Translations under genes and position numbers: made by a program
Source: an uncultured Chloroflexia bacterium
GTDB taxonomy: Bacteria > Chloroflexota > Limnocylindria > Limnocylindrales > CSP1-4
Length of the DNA: 30,654 bases
Direction: 5' to 3'
NCBI GenBank assembly: GCA_963752475.1
Contig: CAVVYR010000012.1
Coordinates: forward strand, 1 to 30,654
Shown: piece by piece, positions 18,259-27,358 of the stretch
Numbering within the stretch: the stretch's first letter is position 1
Layout: every line of letters starts with the position of its first letter
Notes under the pieces: generated by a model
The model's input: the letters and a program-made list of their open reading frames with translations, nothing else
What the model was told of the DNA's origin: nothing
Database searches by the model: none

Positions 18259-19125
18259 GTGGACGAGCGCAGCAGCCGGCTGACCCGGACCCCGTCCGAC
18301 TCGGTCGCCTACGTTGAGTCGGCGGCCTTCACCCTGCTCGGGGCCGACCGACCGGGCATGATCGTGGCGCTGCACGGCCTGACCGGTTCGCGTGGGCAAC
18401 CGCGGATGTACCTCGATGGCCTCGACGTGCCAGCGTTCGGCCTGCTGGCACCGGATCTGCGTGGACACGGCGAGACGGACTTCCTCGGGCCGGCGGAGGA
18501 TTTCACCCCGGGCCAGCTGGGTTCGGACGTCGAGGCACTCATCCGCCACCTCGGCCTGGAGACCCGACCCATCGTGCTCCTGGGCATCTCCCTGGGCGCG
18601 ACCGTCGCGCTGGAGCTCCTGCGTCGGAGGGCGCTCGACATCGCGGCAGGCGTCTTCATCCGTCCCGCGCATGAGGCGATCCCTGCCCGACACCTGCGCA
18701 TCAACCGCTCCATCGCGGATTGGCTGCGGGCGGACCCGGGCGACGCGCTCGCCAGGCTCCTCGCCAGCGACGGATACCGCGCCGTCGCTGCCGTCTCCGA
18801 ATGCGCCGCCGCAGGACTCCGCGACAAGGTCACCGCCGAAAGGGCGGCAGAACGTGCACTTCGACTCGACCAGGGCGCCGGCTGGACCGCGTTCGCGCCC
18901 GATGAGCGCTTCAGCGAGGCTCCGCCATCCCTCATCGTGGCCGCCGTCGACGACCCGCTGCACCCACGTTCGGTGGCTGCCGAGTGGCAACGCCGGATCA
19001 TCGGTGCCGCGCTTGCCGAGCTGCCGTCACGCGACGTCCATCCGACCCGTTATGCGGCGCTGGCACGCTCGACGGTGCAGTCGCTCCTCGAGCAGGTGGC
19101 AGCGACGGTGGAGGCATCCCCGTGA
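18259..19125 (+). CDS. Alpha/beta-fold hydrolase
   Basis: ALHGLTGS, PDLRGHG, nucleophile elbow GISLG and DDPLHP. Start GTG 18259 is inferred. Confidence 0.82.
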   Translation: MDERSSRLTRTPSDSVAYVESAAFTLLGADRPGMIVALHGLTGSRGQPRMYLDGLDVPAFGLLAPDLRGHGETDFLGPAEDFTPGQLGSDVEALIRHLGLETRPIVLLGISLGATVALELLRRRALDIAAGVFIRPAHEAIPARHLRINRSIADWLRADPGDALARLLASDGYRAVAAVSECAAAGLRDKVTAERAAERALRLDQGAGWTAFAPDERFSEAPPSLIVAAVDDPLHPRSVAAEWQRRIIGAALAELPSRDVHPTRYAALARSTVQSLLEQVAATVEASP

Positions 19126-20132
19126 CCCTATATGTCGGCGTCGACGTCGGTGGCACCAAGTGCGCCGTCGTGCTCGTCGACGACACCGGGACCACGGTGG
19201 GGCGTTCGTGGTATGAACACGATGTCGGCCGGGCCGCCGCTCTCACCGATGTAGTCGCCGACGCCACCAGCGAGCTGCTCAGTGCGCATTCGCTCGCGGC
19301 CCAGGACGTGGCCCGGCTCGGGGTCGCCGCCGCGGGCCTGGTGAGCCGGGACCGGGCCACGCTGGTGCGTGGGCCGACCCTCGACGCGATCAAGCTTGAC
19401 CTGGGGCCGCGTTTGGCCGCACGCACCGGGCGTCCGGTGACCGTCGTGAACGACGCCAACGCCGCGCTCTTCGGGCACGTTCGGCTGACGCAGCCCACCG
19501 ACGGGACGCCGGCGGTCGATGCCGCGGGCCAAGGCACGAGAGTCTGGTTGCTGCTGGCCCTCGGCACGGGCATCGGCGGCTCGGTCATGGTGGGCGACAC
19601 GCTCGTCATTGGCGAGCATGGCTTCGCCGCGGAGTTCGGTCACGTGCCGGTGGACTTCAGCGACCGGCGTCGTTGCCTCTGTCGCGCCACCGGCTGCGTG
19701 GAGCAGTTTGCCTCCGGGCGCGGGATCGCGGAGCGGGCGGCTCTGGTTCTGCCACCGCCGGAGTCGGCGGGCCGGCTGCGGGCGATGGGGGCGACTGAGC
19801 CGTTCACGTCGCGGCACGTCGTGGCGGCAGCGGCGGCCGGTGACGCGTGGGCCGTCGGTCTGCTGGCGCACGCCGGGCAGATGCTGGGGCGAGCGGTCGC
19901 CACGCTGTGCGTGGTCCTCGACCCGGACAGCGTCATCATCGCCGGGAGCTTCGGCCATGCGGCCGGCGAATGGCTCCTGCCCCATGCGCAGGAGGAGTTG
20001 ATGGCCCGCTGGCCCTACGCTCGTGAGCGGCCACCGCCGATGTTCTCGAGAGACGTCATCGGGCCGTACGTGGCCGCCGCTGGGGCCGCGCTGTTGGCCA
20101 AGGCCGAGCAGGAGAGCAGAGGAAGGCCATGA
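19122..20132 (+). CDS. ROK-family sugar kinase (no HTH)
   Basis: VGVDVGGTK, NDANAA, LGTGIGG and EFGH...CLC...GCVEQFASG. GTGA overlap. Confidence 0.92.
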   Translation: MTLYVGVDVGGTKCAVVLVDDTGTTVGRSWYEHDVGRAAALTDVVADATSELLSAHSLAAQDVARLGVAAAGLVSRDRATLVRGPTLDAIKLDLGPRLAARTGRPVTVVNDANAALFGHVRLTQPTDGTPAVDAAGQGTRVWLLLALGTGIGGSVMVGDTLVIGEHGFAAEFGHVPVDFSDRRRCLCRATGCVEQFASGRGIAERAALVLPPPESAGRLRAMGATEPFTSRHVVAAAAAGDAWAVGLLAHAGQMLGRAVATLCVVLDPDSVIIAGSFGHAAGEWLLPHAQEELMARWPYARERPPPMFSRDVIGPYVAAAGAALLAKAEQESRGRP

Positions 20133-21199
20133 GTGCACGTGACCAACGCATCCGCCTGGGCGTGGTGGGGACTGGGCGCATCGCCCAGGTCGCCCACCTA
20201 CCCGCGGCGGCGAAGGCGAGAGGGGTCCAGCTGGTCGGCATCAGCGACCCGTCGGAGGAGCTGAGCGCGAAGGTGTCGGCGCGCTATGGCGTCGCGGGCT
20301 ATACCGACACCGCGGAGCTGCTGGCTCTGGAGCTCGACGCGGTCGTGATCGCGACGCCCGACCGCTTCCATCTGCCGCTGGGCTTGCAGGCGCTCGACGC
20401 GGGCAAGCACGTGCTCATGGAGAAGCCGCTGGCCGCGACCGCGAGCGAGGCCCAGCGACTCGTGGACATGGCCCGTGATCGCGGGCTGAGCTTGCAGACG
20501 GGCTGCATGAAGCGCCACGACCCGGGCATGCGGTTCGCCCGGGCCAACGTCTCGCGCATCGGGCGGATCATGAGCCTGCGCTCCTGGTACCGGGTCATGG
20601 CGGCCGCCAAAGCGGGCATGCAGCGGACCTACTTCGCGTCGCTGGTGGTGGACGAGGCCGTGCGTCGGACGGAGGCCGGGATCAAGGCCGACGCCGAGCG
20701 ATACCGCCTGCTCACCCATGGGGCTCATCTCTTCGATGGCCTGCGCTTCATGGCGGGCGACATGCGCTGGATCAGCACCTCGCACGCGACGGTGGCCGGC
20801 GACCACACGTGGCATGGCAGCGCCGGTCTGGAGCGTGGCGGAGGTCTGGCCTCGTTCGAGATCAGCGTCAGTGTCCATGGCGCCTGGTCGGAGGGGATGG
20901 AGATCTACGGCGAGTACGGCCACATCCGTACGCGATCACCGTACGTCTTCTCGCGTCAGGGAAGCCGCGTCGAGGTCTACATCGAGGACGACCGGACGGC
21001 GACCGTGCCTCGCTTCGATGACACCGACCCGTTCACCCTCCAGCTCGAGGCCTTCGCTCATTCCATCCTCTATGGGCATGAGACCGAGCCCACACCGCAG
21101 GACGGCGTCGAGGCCTTGCGCCTGCTCGAGGCAGCGGCGGAGAGTGCCGCCAACGACGGCCAGAAGGTATCGATGGGGGCGGCCGATGACCACGCTTGA
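20129..21199 (+). CDS. Gfo/Idh/MocA family oxidoreductase (inositol/sugar dehydrogenase-like)
   Basis: IRLGVVGTGRIA, IATPDRFH, GKHVLMEKPLA, MKRHDP and THGAHLFD. Confidence 0.9.
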   Translation: MSARDQRIRLGVVGTGRIAQVAHLPAAAKARGVQLVGISDPSEELSAKVSARYGVAGYTDTAELLALELDAVVIATPDRFHLPLGLQALDAGKHVLMEKPLAATASEAQRLVDMARDRGLSLQTGCMKRHDPGMRFARANVSRIGRIMSLRSWYRVMAAAKAGMQRTYFASLVVDEAVRRTEAGIKADAERYRLLTHGAHLFDGLRFMAGDMRWISTSHATVAGDHTWHGSAGLERGGGLASFEISVSVHGAWSEGMEIYGEYGHIRTRSPYVFSRQGSRVEVYIEDDRTATVPRFDDTDPFTLQLEAFAHSILYGHETEPTPQDGVEALRLLEAAAESAANDGQKVSMGAADDHA

Positions 21200-21209
21200 C
21201 GTGCAACTG

Positions 21210-21233
21210 CGAAACGATTCGATTATCGTTTCG
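21210..21233. promoter_or_regulatory. Tandem LacI-type operator (site 2), upstream of the CoA-transferase genes
   Basis: CGAAACGATTCG (21210-21221) followed by ATTATCGTTTCG (21222-21233). The 24-mer has 9-bp inverted arms CGAAACGAT/ATCGTTTCG, and TTGACG lies at 21196-21201. Confidence 0.65.
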
Positions 21234-21298
21234 AACACAGACGAGTCAGGCGCCCGCCTTCTGGCCAGCCGGCAGCGTTGAGAACGAGGGAGATGAAG

Positions 21299-22490
21299 AT
21301 GCAGGCGCCGCTCGAGGGCATCAAGGTCCTGGACATCAGCCGGGTGCTGGCGGGTCCGTTCTGCTGCATGTTGCTGGGCGACATGGGCGCGGATGTCGTC
21401 AAGGTCGAGCGTGTCGGGCGCGGCGACGACGTCCGTGCCGTCGGCGACAAAGTCGGGGGCGAGAGCCTCTACTACCTGATGATGAATCGGAACAAACGTG
21501 GGGTCACGCTCGACTTCCGCAATCCACGGGGCATCGAGCTGCTCAAGTCGTTGGTCGCGGAAGCCGATGTGCTGGTGGAGAACTTCCGGGCCGGCACGAT
21601 GGAGAAGATGGGCTGCAGCTACGACGTCCTGAGGGAGATCAACCCGCGCCTGGTGATGGCCAGCCTCTCCGGTTTCGGACAGGACGGACCCTACCGAGAC
21701 TATGCCTGCTTTGACATGATCGCCCAGGCCATGGGCGGGCTGATGGACCTGACCGGCGAACCCGGTCGACCACCGGTCACCACGGGCACGTTCCTCGTCG
21801 ACTATGCCAGCGGCATCTACGCGGCGTTCGGGTATCCTTGGCGCACTGCGCGCTCGTGACGTCACGGGCGAGGGCCAGCACGTCGACGTAGCGTTGCTGG
21901 ACACGGCCGTGTCGTTCCTGATCACGGCCATCCCTGAGTACCTGCTGCTGGGCAAGAAGATGACGCGGCGCGGGAATCGTGACCGCTACGCCGCACCGGC
22001 GAACCTCTTCGAGGCCAAGGACGGTCGTTACGTCTTCGTCGCGTCCGCCACCAATTCGCTCTTCCCGCGCCTGCTGGCTGTCATGGGACGCTCGGAGATT
22101 CTGCAGGACCCGCGCTTCGCCACGAACGAGGCTCGCATGAAGAACGTCGAGGCCAGCGAGGCCATCCTGGCCGAGTGGGTCGGGGAGCGGACGGCCGACG
22201 AGGTCGTGGAGCTGGTGCGCGGTGCCGGACTCCCATGTGCCAAGGTGGCGACCATCGATGAGGTCGTCGAGGATCCGCAGGTCAAGCATCGTGAGATGCT
22301 CGTCGAGATCGAGCACCCCACGGTCGGCCAGCTCCCCATGCAAGGCCTCAACGTCCGCTACTCCGCATCGACACAGAGCATTCGTCGCCCACCGCCGCTC
22401 CTCGGCCAGCACAACCACGAGGTCTATGCCGAATGGCTGGGCCTCGATGCAGCCGCCATCAAACGGCTCGCGGCGGATGGCGTCATTTGA
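21299..22490 (+). pseudogene. CaiB/BaiF (family III) CoA-transferase split by one +1 frameshift (possibly a sequencing error)
   Basis: PLEGIKVLD.SRVLAGP, NRNKRG, DVLVENFR and ACFDMIAQAMGG. An extra G in the GGG at 21830-21832 joins ORFs 21278..21859 and 21804..22490, which ends PPLLGQH. Confidence 0.88.
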
Positions 22491-22582
22491 TCGGCCCGGC
22501 GCATGACGAGTGACCGACAGCCGGCGTCTCCCGGATTCGGCCGATACCCGACGGCGAGCATCGAAGAGAGGGGCACCGCACC

Positions 22583-23464
22583 ATGAAACCCAAGCTCATG
22601 AGCATGGCCGAGGCCGCCCGCCTGGTGCCATCCGGAAGCACCATCGCGGTCGGGGGCAGCATCATCCGGCGGTCTCCGGCGGCGTTCATGCGCGAGCTCA
22701 TCCGCCAGGGCACGTCTGACCTGCGCATCCTGGCCTTCCCGGCCGGGTTCACCATGGACATGCTCGCCGGCGCCGGCGCGGTGAGGCGGGTCGAGGCCGT
22801 GTACGAGGGCCTTTTCCAGTTCGGCATGGCCTACAACTTCCGGCGCGGCGTCGAACAGGGGGCGATCGAGATCCGGGACTTCCCGGAGACATCGATGATC
22901 GCCCGCTTCCGCGCAGCTGCCCAGGGCATCTCGTTCATGCCGACCGATGTCCTGCTGGGCACGGGCATGGCCGAGCACAACCCAGAGCAGATCCGTGAAA
23001 TCGCATGTCCCTTCACGGGCAAGGCCTATCACGCCGTCGAGGCCGCGGTCGCGGACTTCACCGTCCTACATGGGTACGTCGGCGACGAGTACGGGAACGT
23101 GCAGTTCCCGGTCCAACGCGACAGCGACGACATCGATCCCATCATGGCCAAGGCCGCCGGCCGGCTCATCGTCACGGTCGAGAAGATCGTGCCGCACGAG
23201 GAGATCCTGCAGCGGCCCAACCTGACGTATGTCCCGCACCTGTGGGTCGAGGCCATCGTGGAGGCGCCATTCGGTGCGCATCCGCTCAGCTGTGACGGGT
23301 ACTACGACGAGGATGCGGAGCACATGGAGTACTACCAGGCCTGCTCCAAGGATGGCCGCTTCGATGAGTACGCGGCGGAATACATCCATGGTGTCGAGGA
23401 TCACTGGGAGTACCTGCGCAAGGCCCTGACTCCCCAGCGCATCTTCGAGCTCTCAGTACGTTAG
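22583..23464 (+). CDS. Family I CoA-transferase-fold protein, subunit A (GctA/IpdA-like)
   Basis: IAVGG....RSPAAF.RELIRQG, RFRAAAQGISFMP, CPFTG, DEYGN, IVTVEKIV and PFGAHP.SC.GYY. Confidence 0.9.
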   Translation: MKPKLMSMAEAARLVPSGSTIAVGGSIIRRSPAAFMRELIRQGTSDLRILAFPAGFTMDMLAGAGAVRRVEAVYEGLFQFGMAYNFRRGVEQGAIEIRDFPETSMIARFRAAAQGISFMPTDVLLGTGMAEHNPEQIREIACPFTGKAYHAVEAAVADFTVLHGYVGDEYGNVQFPVQRDSDDIDPIMAKAAGRLIVTVEKIVPHEEILQRPNLTYVPHLWVEAIVEAPFGAHPLSCDGYYDEDAEHMEYYQACSKDGRFDEYAAEYIHGVEDHWEYLRKALTPQRIFELSVR

Positions 23465-23475
23465 GAGCGGAACCG

Positions 23476-24285
23476 ATGTCCTACGCGGACGACTACACCC
23501 TCAACGAGCTGCTCGTGGTCGCAGCGTCCCGAGAGCTGCGCGACGGCGACCTCGCCTTCGTCGGTGTCGGGACCGCTGGCCGGGCCTTCACGCTCGCGGT
23601 CGGCATCCCCATCGCCTCGGCCAGGCTGGCCCAGCTCACGCATGCTCCCGACATCACGATCTACTGGGGAAACCTGCTGAGCCCAGATCTGACGCGCATC
23701 CCGCCCGACCTGACGCAGCACGAGATCACGACATGGCCGTGTGCGAGTCAGATGGCCCATACCGGCGACAAGTGCGACATGTTGGCGCGCCGCCAGTTCG
23801 ACGTCTCGTTCGACTCGGCGCCCCAGATCGACCGATACGGCAACCTGAACATCACCGCCATCGGTGACTACAAGAAGCCCAGGGTCCGATTGGTCGGATG
23901 CCTGGCTCAGACCGATCACTTCGCCTACGTGAAGCGTCCCATCGTGATCACCGACCTGCGCTCCCGCACGTTCGTGGAGCGCGTCGACTTCATCACCAGC
24001 GTGGGGCACCTCGATGGTGGGGATTCGCGTGACCGGCTGGGCCTCGACCCCGGTGGACCATGGCGTGTCATCACGGATATGGCCGTGTTCGGCTTCAACG
24101 CTGAGTCCAAGGAGATGGAGCTCCTTTCTATCCATCCCGGCGTGACCATGGAGGCGGTGCTCGAAGCCATGAGCTTCCACCCGCTGGTCCCCGACGACGT
24201 TCCTGTAACGGAGGCGCCGACGATAGAACAGGTGCGTCTCATCAGAGAGGACATCGACCCCAACCGCATCCTCCTCGTCGCCTGA
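23476..24285 (+). CDS. Family I CoA-transferase-fold protein, subunit B (GctB/IpdB-like), lacking the catalytic Glu
   Basis: ELLVVAASREL.DGD, LAQLTHAPD, QIDRYGNLN, FVERVDFITS.G, VITDMAVF and SIHPGVT. It has IYWGN where active enzymes have IYESG. Confidence 0.9.
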   Translation: MSYADDYTLNELLVVAASRELRDGDLAFVGVGTAGRAFTLAVGIPIASARLAQLTHAPDITIYWGNLLSPDLTRIPPDLTQHEITTWPCASQMAHTGDKCDMLARRQFDVSFDSAPQIDRYGNLNITAIGDYKKPRVRLVGCLAQTDHFAYVKRPIVITDLRSRTFVERVDFITSVGHLDGGDSRDRLGLDPGGPWRVITDMAVFGFNAESKEMELLSIHPGVTMEAVLEAMSFHPLVPDDVPVTEAPTIEQVRLIREDIDPNRILLVA

Positions 24286-24334
24286 CAGCTCGCCTCAGGC
24301 CGCAGCTTGTGGATGGGGACATGAGCCCGCTGGG

Positions 24335-25318
24335 TCAATCGCCCGTCGGAACGAAGCCGAGACGCTTGTCGACGACCGCCTGGAGCGCCTGCCCAGCGAT
24401 GTAGCGCCGCAGATTGTCCAGGAACGCTGCACTCAGGAGCGCGGGCGTTTCCCCTGTGGTGCCAGCCGTGTGCGGGGAGACGATGACCGTCGGCAGTGAC
24501 CACAGCGGGCTCTCATGATGCAGCGGCTCGTCCTCGAAGACGTCCAGGGCTGCTCCCGCCAATCGCGCCGATGCAACGGCCTCGGCCAGCGCCCTTTCGA
24601 CCACGATGGGCCCTCGTCCGACGTTGATGACGCGCGCTCCCGGCGGCAGGGCCTGGAGCTCTCGCGCGCCGACGAGTCGCTCCGTATCCGCGGTCAATGG
24701 CGCAGCGATGATGAGCCAATCGGAGCGCGGCAGCAGGCCTTGAAGCTCGGCGATGGCGAAGATCCGCCCTTCTCCCGGAACTCCCTGTCGGCTCGAGCGA
24801 CCAACGAGTACGACCTCAAGGCCGACAGACCGAAGCAGTCGCCCGATCGCGCGTCCCACGGTGCCGGCCCCGACGATGACGGCATGCGCGCCGGCCAGTG
24901 AGCCGAGCACCCGCGGGTGCCATCGATGGTCCGATTGTGCCCGCGTCGTGCCGGGCACATCCTTCACCAGCGCCAGCATCAGCGCGAGCACGTACTCGGA
25001 CAGCGCGGTATCGAAGACGCCCCGGCTGTTGGTGACCGTCACGTCGCTATCGGTGAGTTCTGGAAAGAGCGCCCAGTCGACCCCTGCCGCTCCGACGTGC
25101 AGCCACCGCAATCGCGTCGCCAGCGACCAGCTGGACCGCAGGGCGTCGCGGGGCGGCCCGTAGTGGAACATGACATCGCACTCCTCGAGTGCGGAACGCA
25201 CCGCTGCCATGTCCTCTGCCATCACGTAGCGTGCGCCCGTAGTCACCTCGGGAATCCCCGGTGGTGAGCGTCCGGCCTGGTGCCCCACGACAAGCACACG
25301 GGGCAGCTGTCGGGTCAC
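24335..25318 (-). CDS. D-isomer-specific 2-hydroxyacid dehydrogenase (GhrA-like)
   Basis: AGVD, VTNSRGVF, GAGTVG, PLT..T, INVGRG, LDVFEDEP and SPHTAG. The start is uncertain; GTG 25318 was chosen. Confidence 0.9.
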   Translation of the reverse strand: MTRQLPRVLVVGHQAGRSPPGIPEVTTGARYVMAEDMAAVRSALEECDVMFHYGPPRDALRSSWSLATRLRWLHVGAAGVDWALFPELTDSDVTVTNSRGVFDTALSEYVLALMLALVKDVPGTTRAQSDHRWHPRVLGSLAGAHAVIVGAGTVGRAIGRLLRSVGLEVVLVGRSSRQGVPGEGRIFAIAELQGLLPRSDWLIIAAPLTADTERLVGARELQALPPGARVINVGRGPIVVERALAEAVASARLAGAALDVFEDEPLHHESPLWSLPTVIVSPHTAGTTGETPALLSAAFLDNLRRYIAGQALQAVVDKRLGFVPTGD

Positions 25319-25412
25319 CTCAGGAGACCAGCGGGCTGTCCGGGCGATACGTTGCCCGACGCTGCGGTGGCCGCGGCGAACCGCGCCATAGGCATCCTCA
25401 GGGGTCGCCTCG

Positions 25413-26252
25413 TCACGACGCGGCGCGTGCTGCGTGCTCCGCGAGGAACGCCGCCACGCGCGGAGCGTCGGCGGCGTTGAGGTCTTGTGCGATGACGGGG
25501 ACATGATGAGGGAGGGCCGCGTGCAATTCCATCACCAGCTCATAGTCCATGCCGCCGGTGCCCGGAGCCGAATATCCCGAGGCAACCACGTCCTTGGCAT
25601 GCACACCGGCGACGTGTCCACCCAGCGCTTCGAAGGCCTCGGTGAGGATCGCCTGTTGCCGCGGAAGCGTGCCGACGGTCAGAAGGTTGGCGGGATCGAG
25701 CACGACCGCCAGGTAGCGGGCGTCGTCTCCCATCTCGCGGAACAGCCGCACCGCAGCACTCGCGTCGCAGACGACGTTGCCGCGTTCGGGTTCGATGCCG
25801 AGTCGGACGCCTGCATCGATCGCTACCGGGATGAGCAGATCCAGTGTGGTCCGTAGGTCCCGCCACGCCGCAGGTGTCACGTTGTCATGGTGTGCTCGCC
25901 AGTTGCTCCGCGGGTCGCGGGTCCCTGAGCACAAGGTCACGACCGCGGCTCCCATGGCCCCGGCTCCGACGATACTCACACTGCACGCCTCGATTCCGGC
26001 TTCCCGCACAGCCAGGTCTGGATGGATTGCGTTGAACGTGCCCGAGACCGCCCAGACGCGCACGCCGCCGGCTTCGAAACCAGCGGAGATCGCTCGGGCG
26101 TCGTCGGCGGTGAGCGTGGGGTCGAGGGAGGGGCGCCCGATCGCGATCAGGTTGAGTTGCGTGGCCGTGAACCCAGCGGCACTGATGCTCGCAGCGACCT
26201 CATCGGGTGGTCCTGGGGGAAACACTCTGGCGAACACACCGAGCTCGATCAT
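25413..26252 (-). CDS. Sugar phosphate isomerase/epimerase (xylose-isomerase-like TIM barrel)
   Basis: Start ATG 26252: MIELGVFARVF, then SGTFN.IHPD, TLCSGTRD, GIEPE..NVV, LDPANL and HAKD. Confidence 0.88.
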   Translation of the reverse strand: MIELGVFARVFPPGPPDEVAASISAAGFTATQLNLIAIGRPSLDPTLTADDARAISAGFEAGGVRVWAVSGTFNAIHPDLAVREAGIEACSVSIVGAGAMGAAVVTLCSGTRDPRSNWRAHHDNVTPAAWRDLRTTLDLLIPVAIDAGVRLGIEPERGNVVCDASAAVRLFREMGDDARYLAVVLDPANLLTVGTLPRQQAILTEAFEALGGHVAGVHAKDVVASGYSAPGTGGMDYELVMELHAALPHHVPVIAQDLNAADAPRVAAFLAEHAARAAS

Positions 26253-26463
26253 CGTGACACCTGCCTTGGAAGGGCACCGCTGGATGGACGTTCTGCTTGC
26301 TGCACCGAGGTGCCGTGGCGAGCGCCCCTCCATGCTAGGTCGTCTCGCGCGGCGTCGCGCGGTACACCAGTCCGCTCGGACAGATCCAGTGAGCAGCTAG
26401 TGGACAGGATCACTGAGCAACAACACCGTCCGTGAACGCGGTTGACGGACCGCATAGTATGAA

Positions 26464-26488
26464 TCGAAACAATTCGCGAACCGATTGT
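26464..26488. promoter_or_regulatory. Tandem LacI-type operator (site 3) in a divergent intergenic region
   Basis: TCGAAACAATTCGCGAACCGATTG (26464-26487) matches 11532-11555 at 21 of 24 positions. Confidence 0.7.
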
Positions 26489-26786
26489 CTTCAGAGGACG
26501 TGTCCCGATCATGCCATCTGCTTGGGCGACGCTCCACCTCCGATCGTGAGCCTTGTGCTCACGGCCGCGATTCATGATAGCGGACCCCTGTTCGCACTGA
26601 CCGGTAAGCGGAAGCGCGGATCCATGATCGGCCGGCCGCCCTGCGTCGTTCGTCGCGACCCGGTCGCGGCTGCCCGGCTGTTCCGTGATGGTGAGCTACT
26701 CGAGGCAATGCGTACGTGTGGCGCTTCGTCGGGACCGGAGTGTGCTCGGAGACGTTCCGATCGACCAGGCATGCAGGAGAGATGTC

Positions 26787-27080
26787 GTGATTAGTGGACA
26801 GCCGCTGGACGTGGCCCTGGACATCCGCATCGCGGTCCTGGAGGCCATGGAGGATGTACGGAGCCTGTTGAGGCACTACGCCTGGGCGCTCGATTATGCC
26901 GATTTCGAAGGCCTCACGGCCTGCTTCGAGGAGTACGTGGCGGCCTCCAGGGACGACGCCTCCTTCGCGGACTATCTCGAGTGCTACGTGACCGGCGTCG
27001 CCGACGAGCATGAGTACCTCGCGCTGATCGGCCTGGAACGTCCCATGAGGCTCCCGACCACGACGGGGATCGACGCGTGA
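26787..27080 (+). pseudogene. Deletion chimera: SnoaL/NTF2-like N-terminus fused to a CoA-transferase subunit A C-terminus
   Basis: AGGAG RBS and GTG 26787. RIAVLEAMEDVRSLLRHYAWALDYADFEGLTACF is SnoaL-like. EEYVAASRDDASFADYLECYVTGVADEHEYLALIG parallels EYYQACSKDGRFDEYAAEYIHGVEDHWEYL in 22583..23464. Confidence 0.7.
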
Positions 27081-27358
27081 CACCGACCGTCGAGGAGATG
27101 CTGGCCGTCGCCATCAGTCACTCCTTCCGCGAGGGTGCAGTTGGCTTCATCGGCCTCGCGAGTACGTCCGTTCGATCCATTCTTGTGACCGAGGTCGACG
27201 TGGGCGAGAGCACCGGGTTCGCACTCCCATCCGCGTCGGCTGCCCCCACCACCGAGGAGCCCCCTGCGACGGAGCTCTCCACCCTTCGCACCGTAGTCGA
27301 TCCAGCCGGGCTGCTGGGCGGCGCCGGCGCCGCCGCTGCCCAGGGGTCGGGTCGTTGA
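27077..27358 (+). pseudogene. Internally deleted CoA-transferase subunit B remnant
   Basis: The N-terminus TVEEMLAVAISHSFREGAVGFIGL is joined almost directly to the C-terminus ESTGFAL...APTTEEPPATELSTLRTVVDP. It is 93 aa versus 269 aa for the paralog at 23476. Confidence 0.7.

Noticed and set aside
16461-19125. Long overlapping ORFs of 551, 449 and 568 aa
   Set aside because: Shadow extensions caused by stop-codon scarcity at high GC. The true genes are HAD, iolC and the hydrolase with internal starts.
26490-26780. Sequence between operator site 3 and the SnoaL-like remnant
   Set aside because: No identifiable coding or RNA-structure signal.
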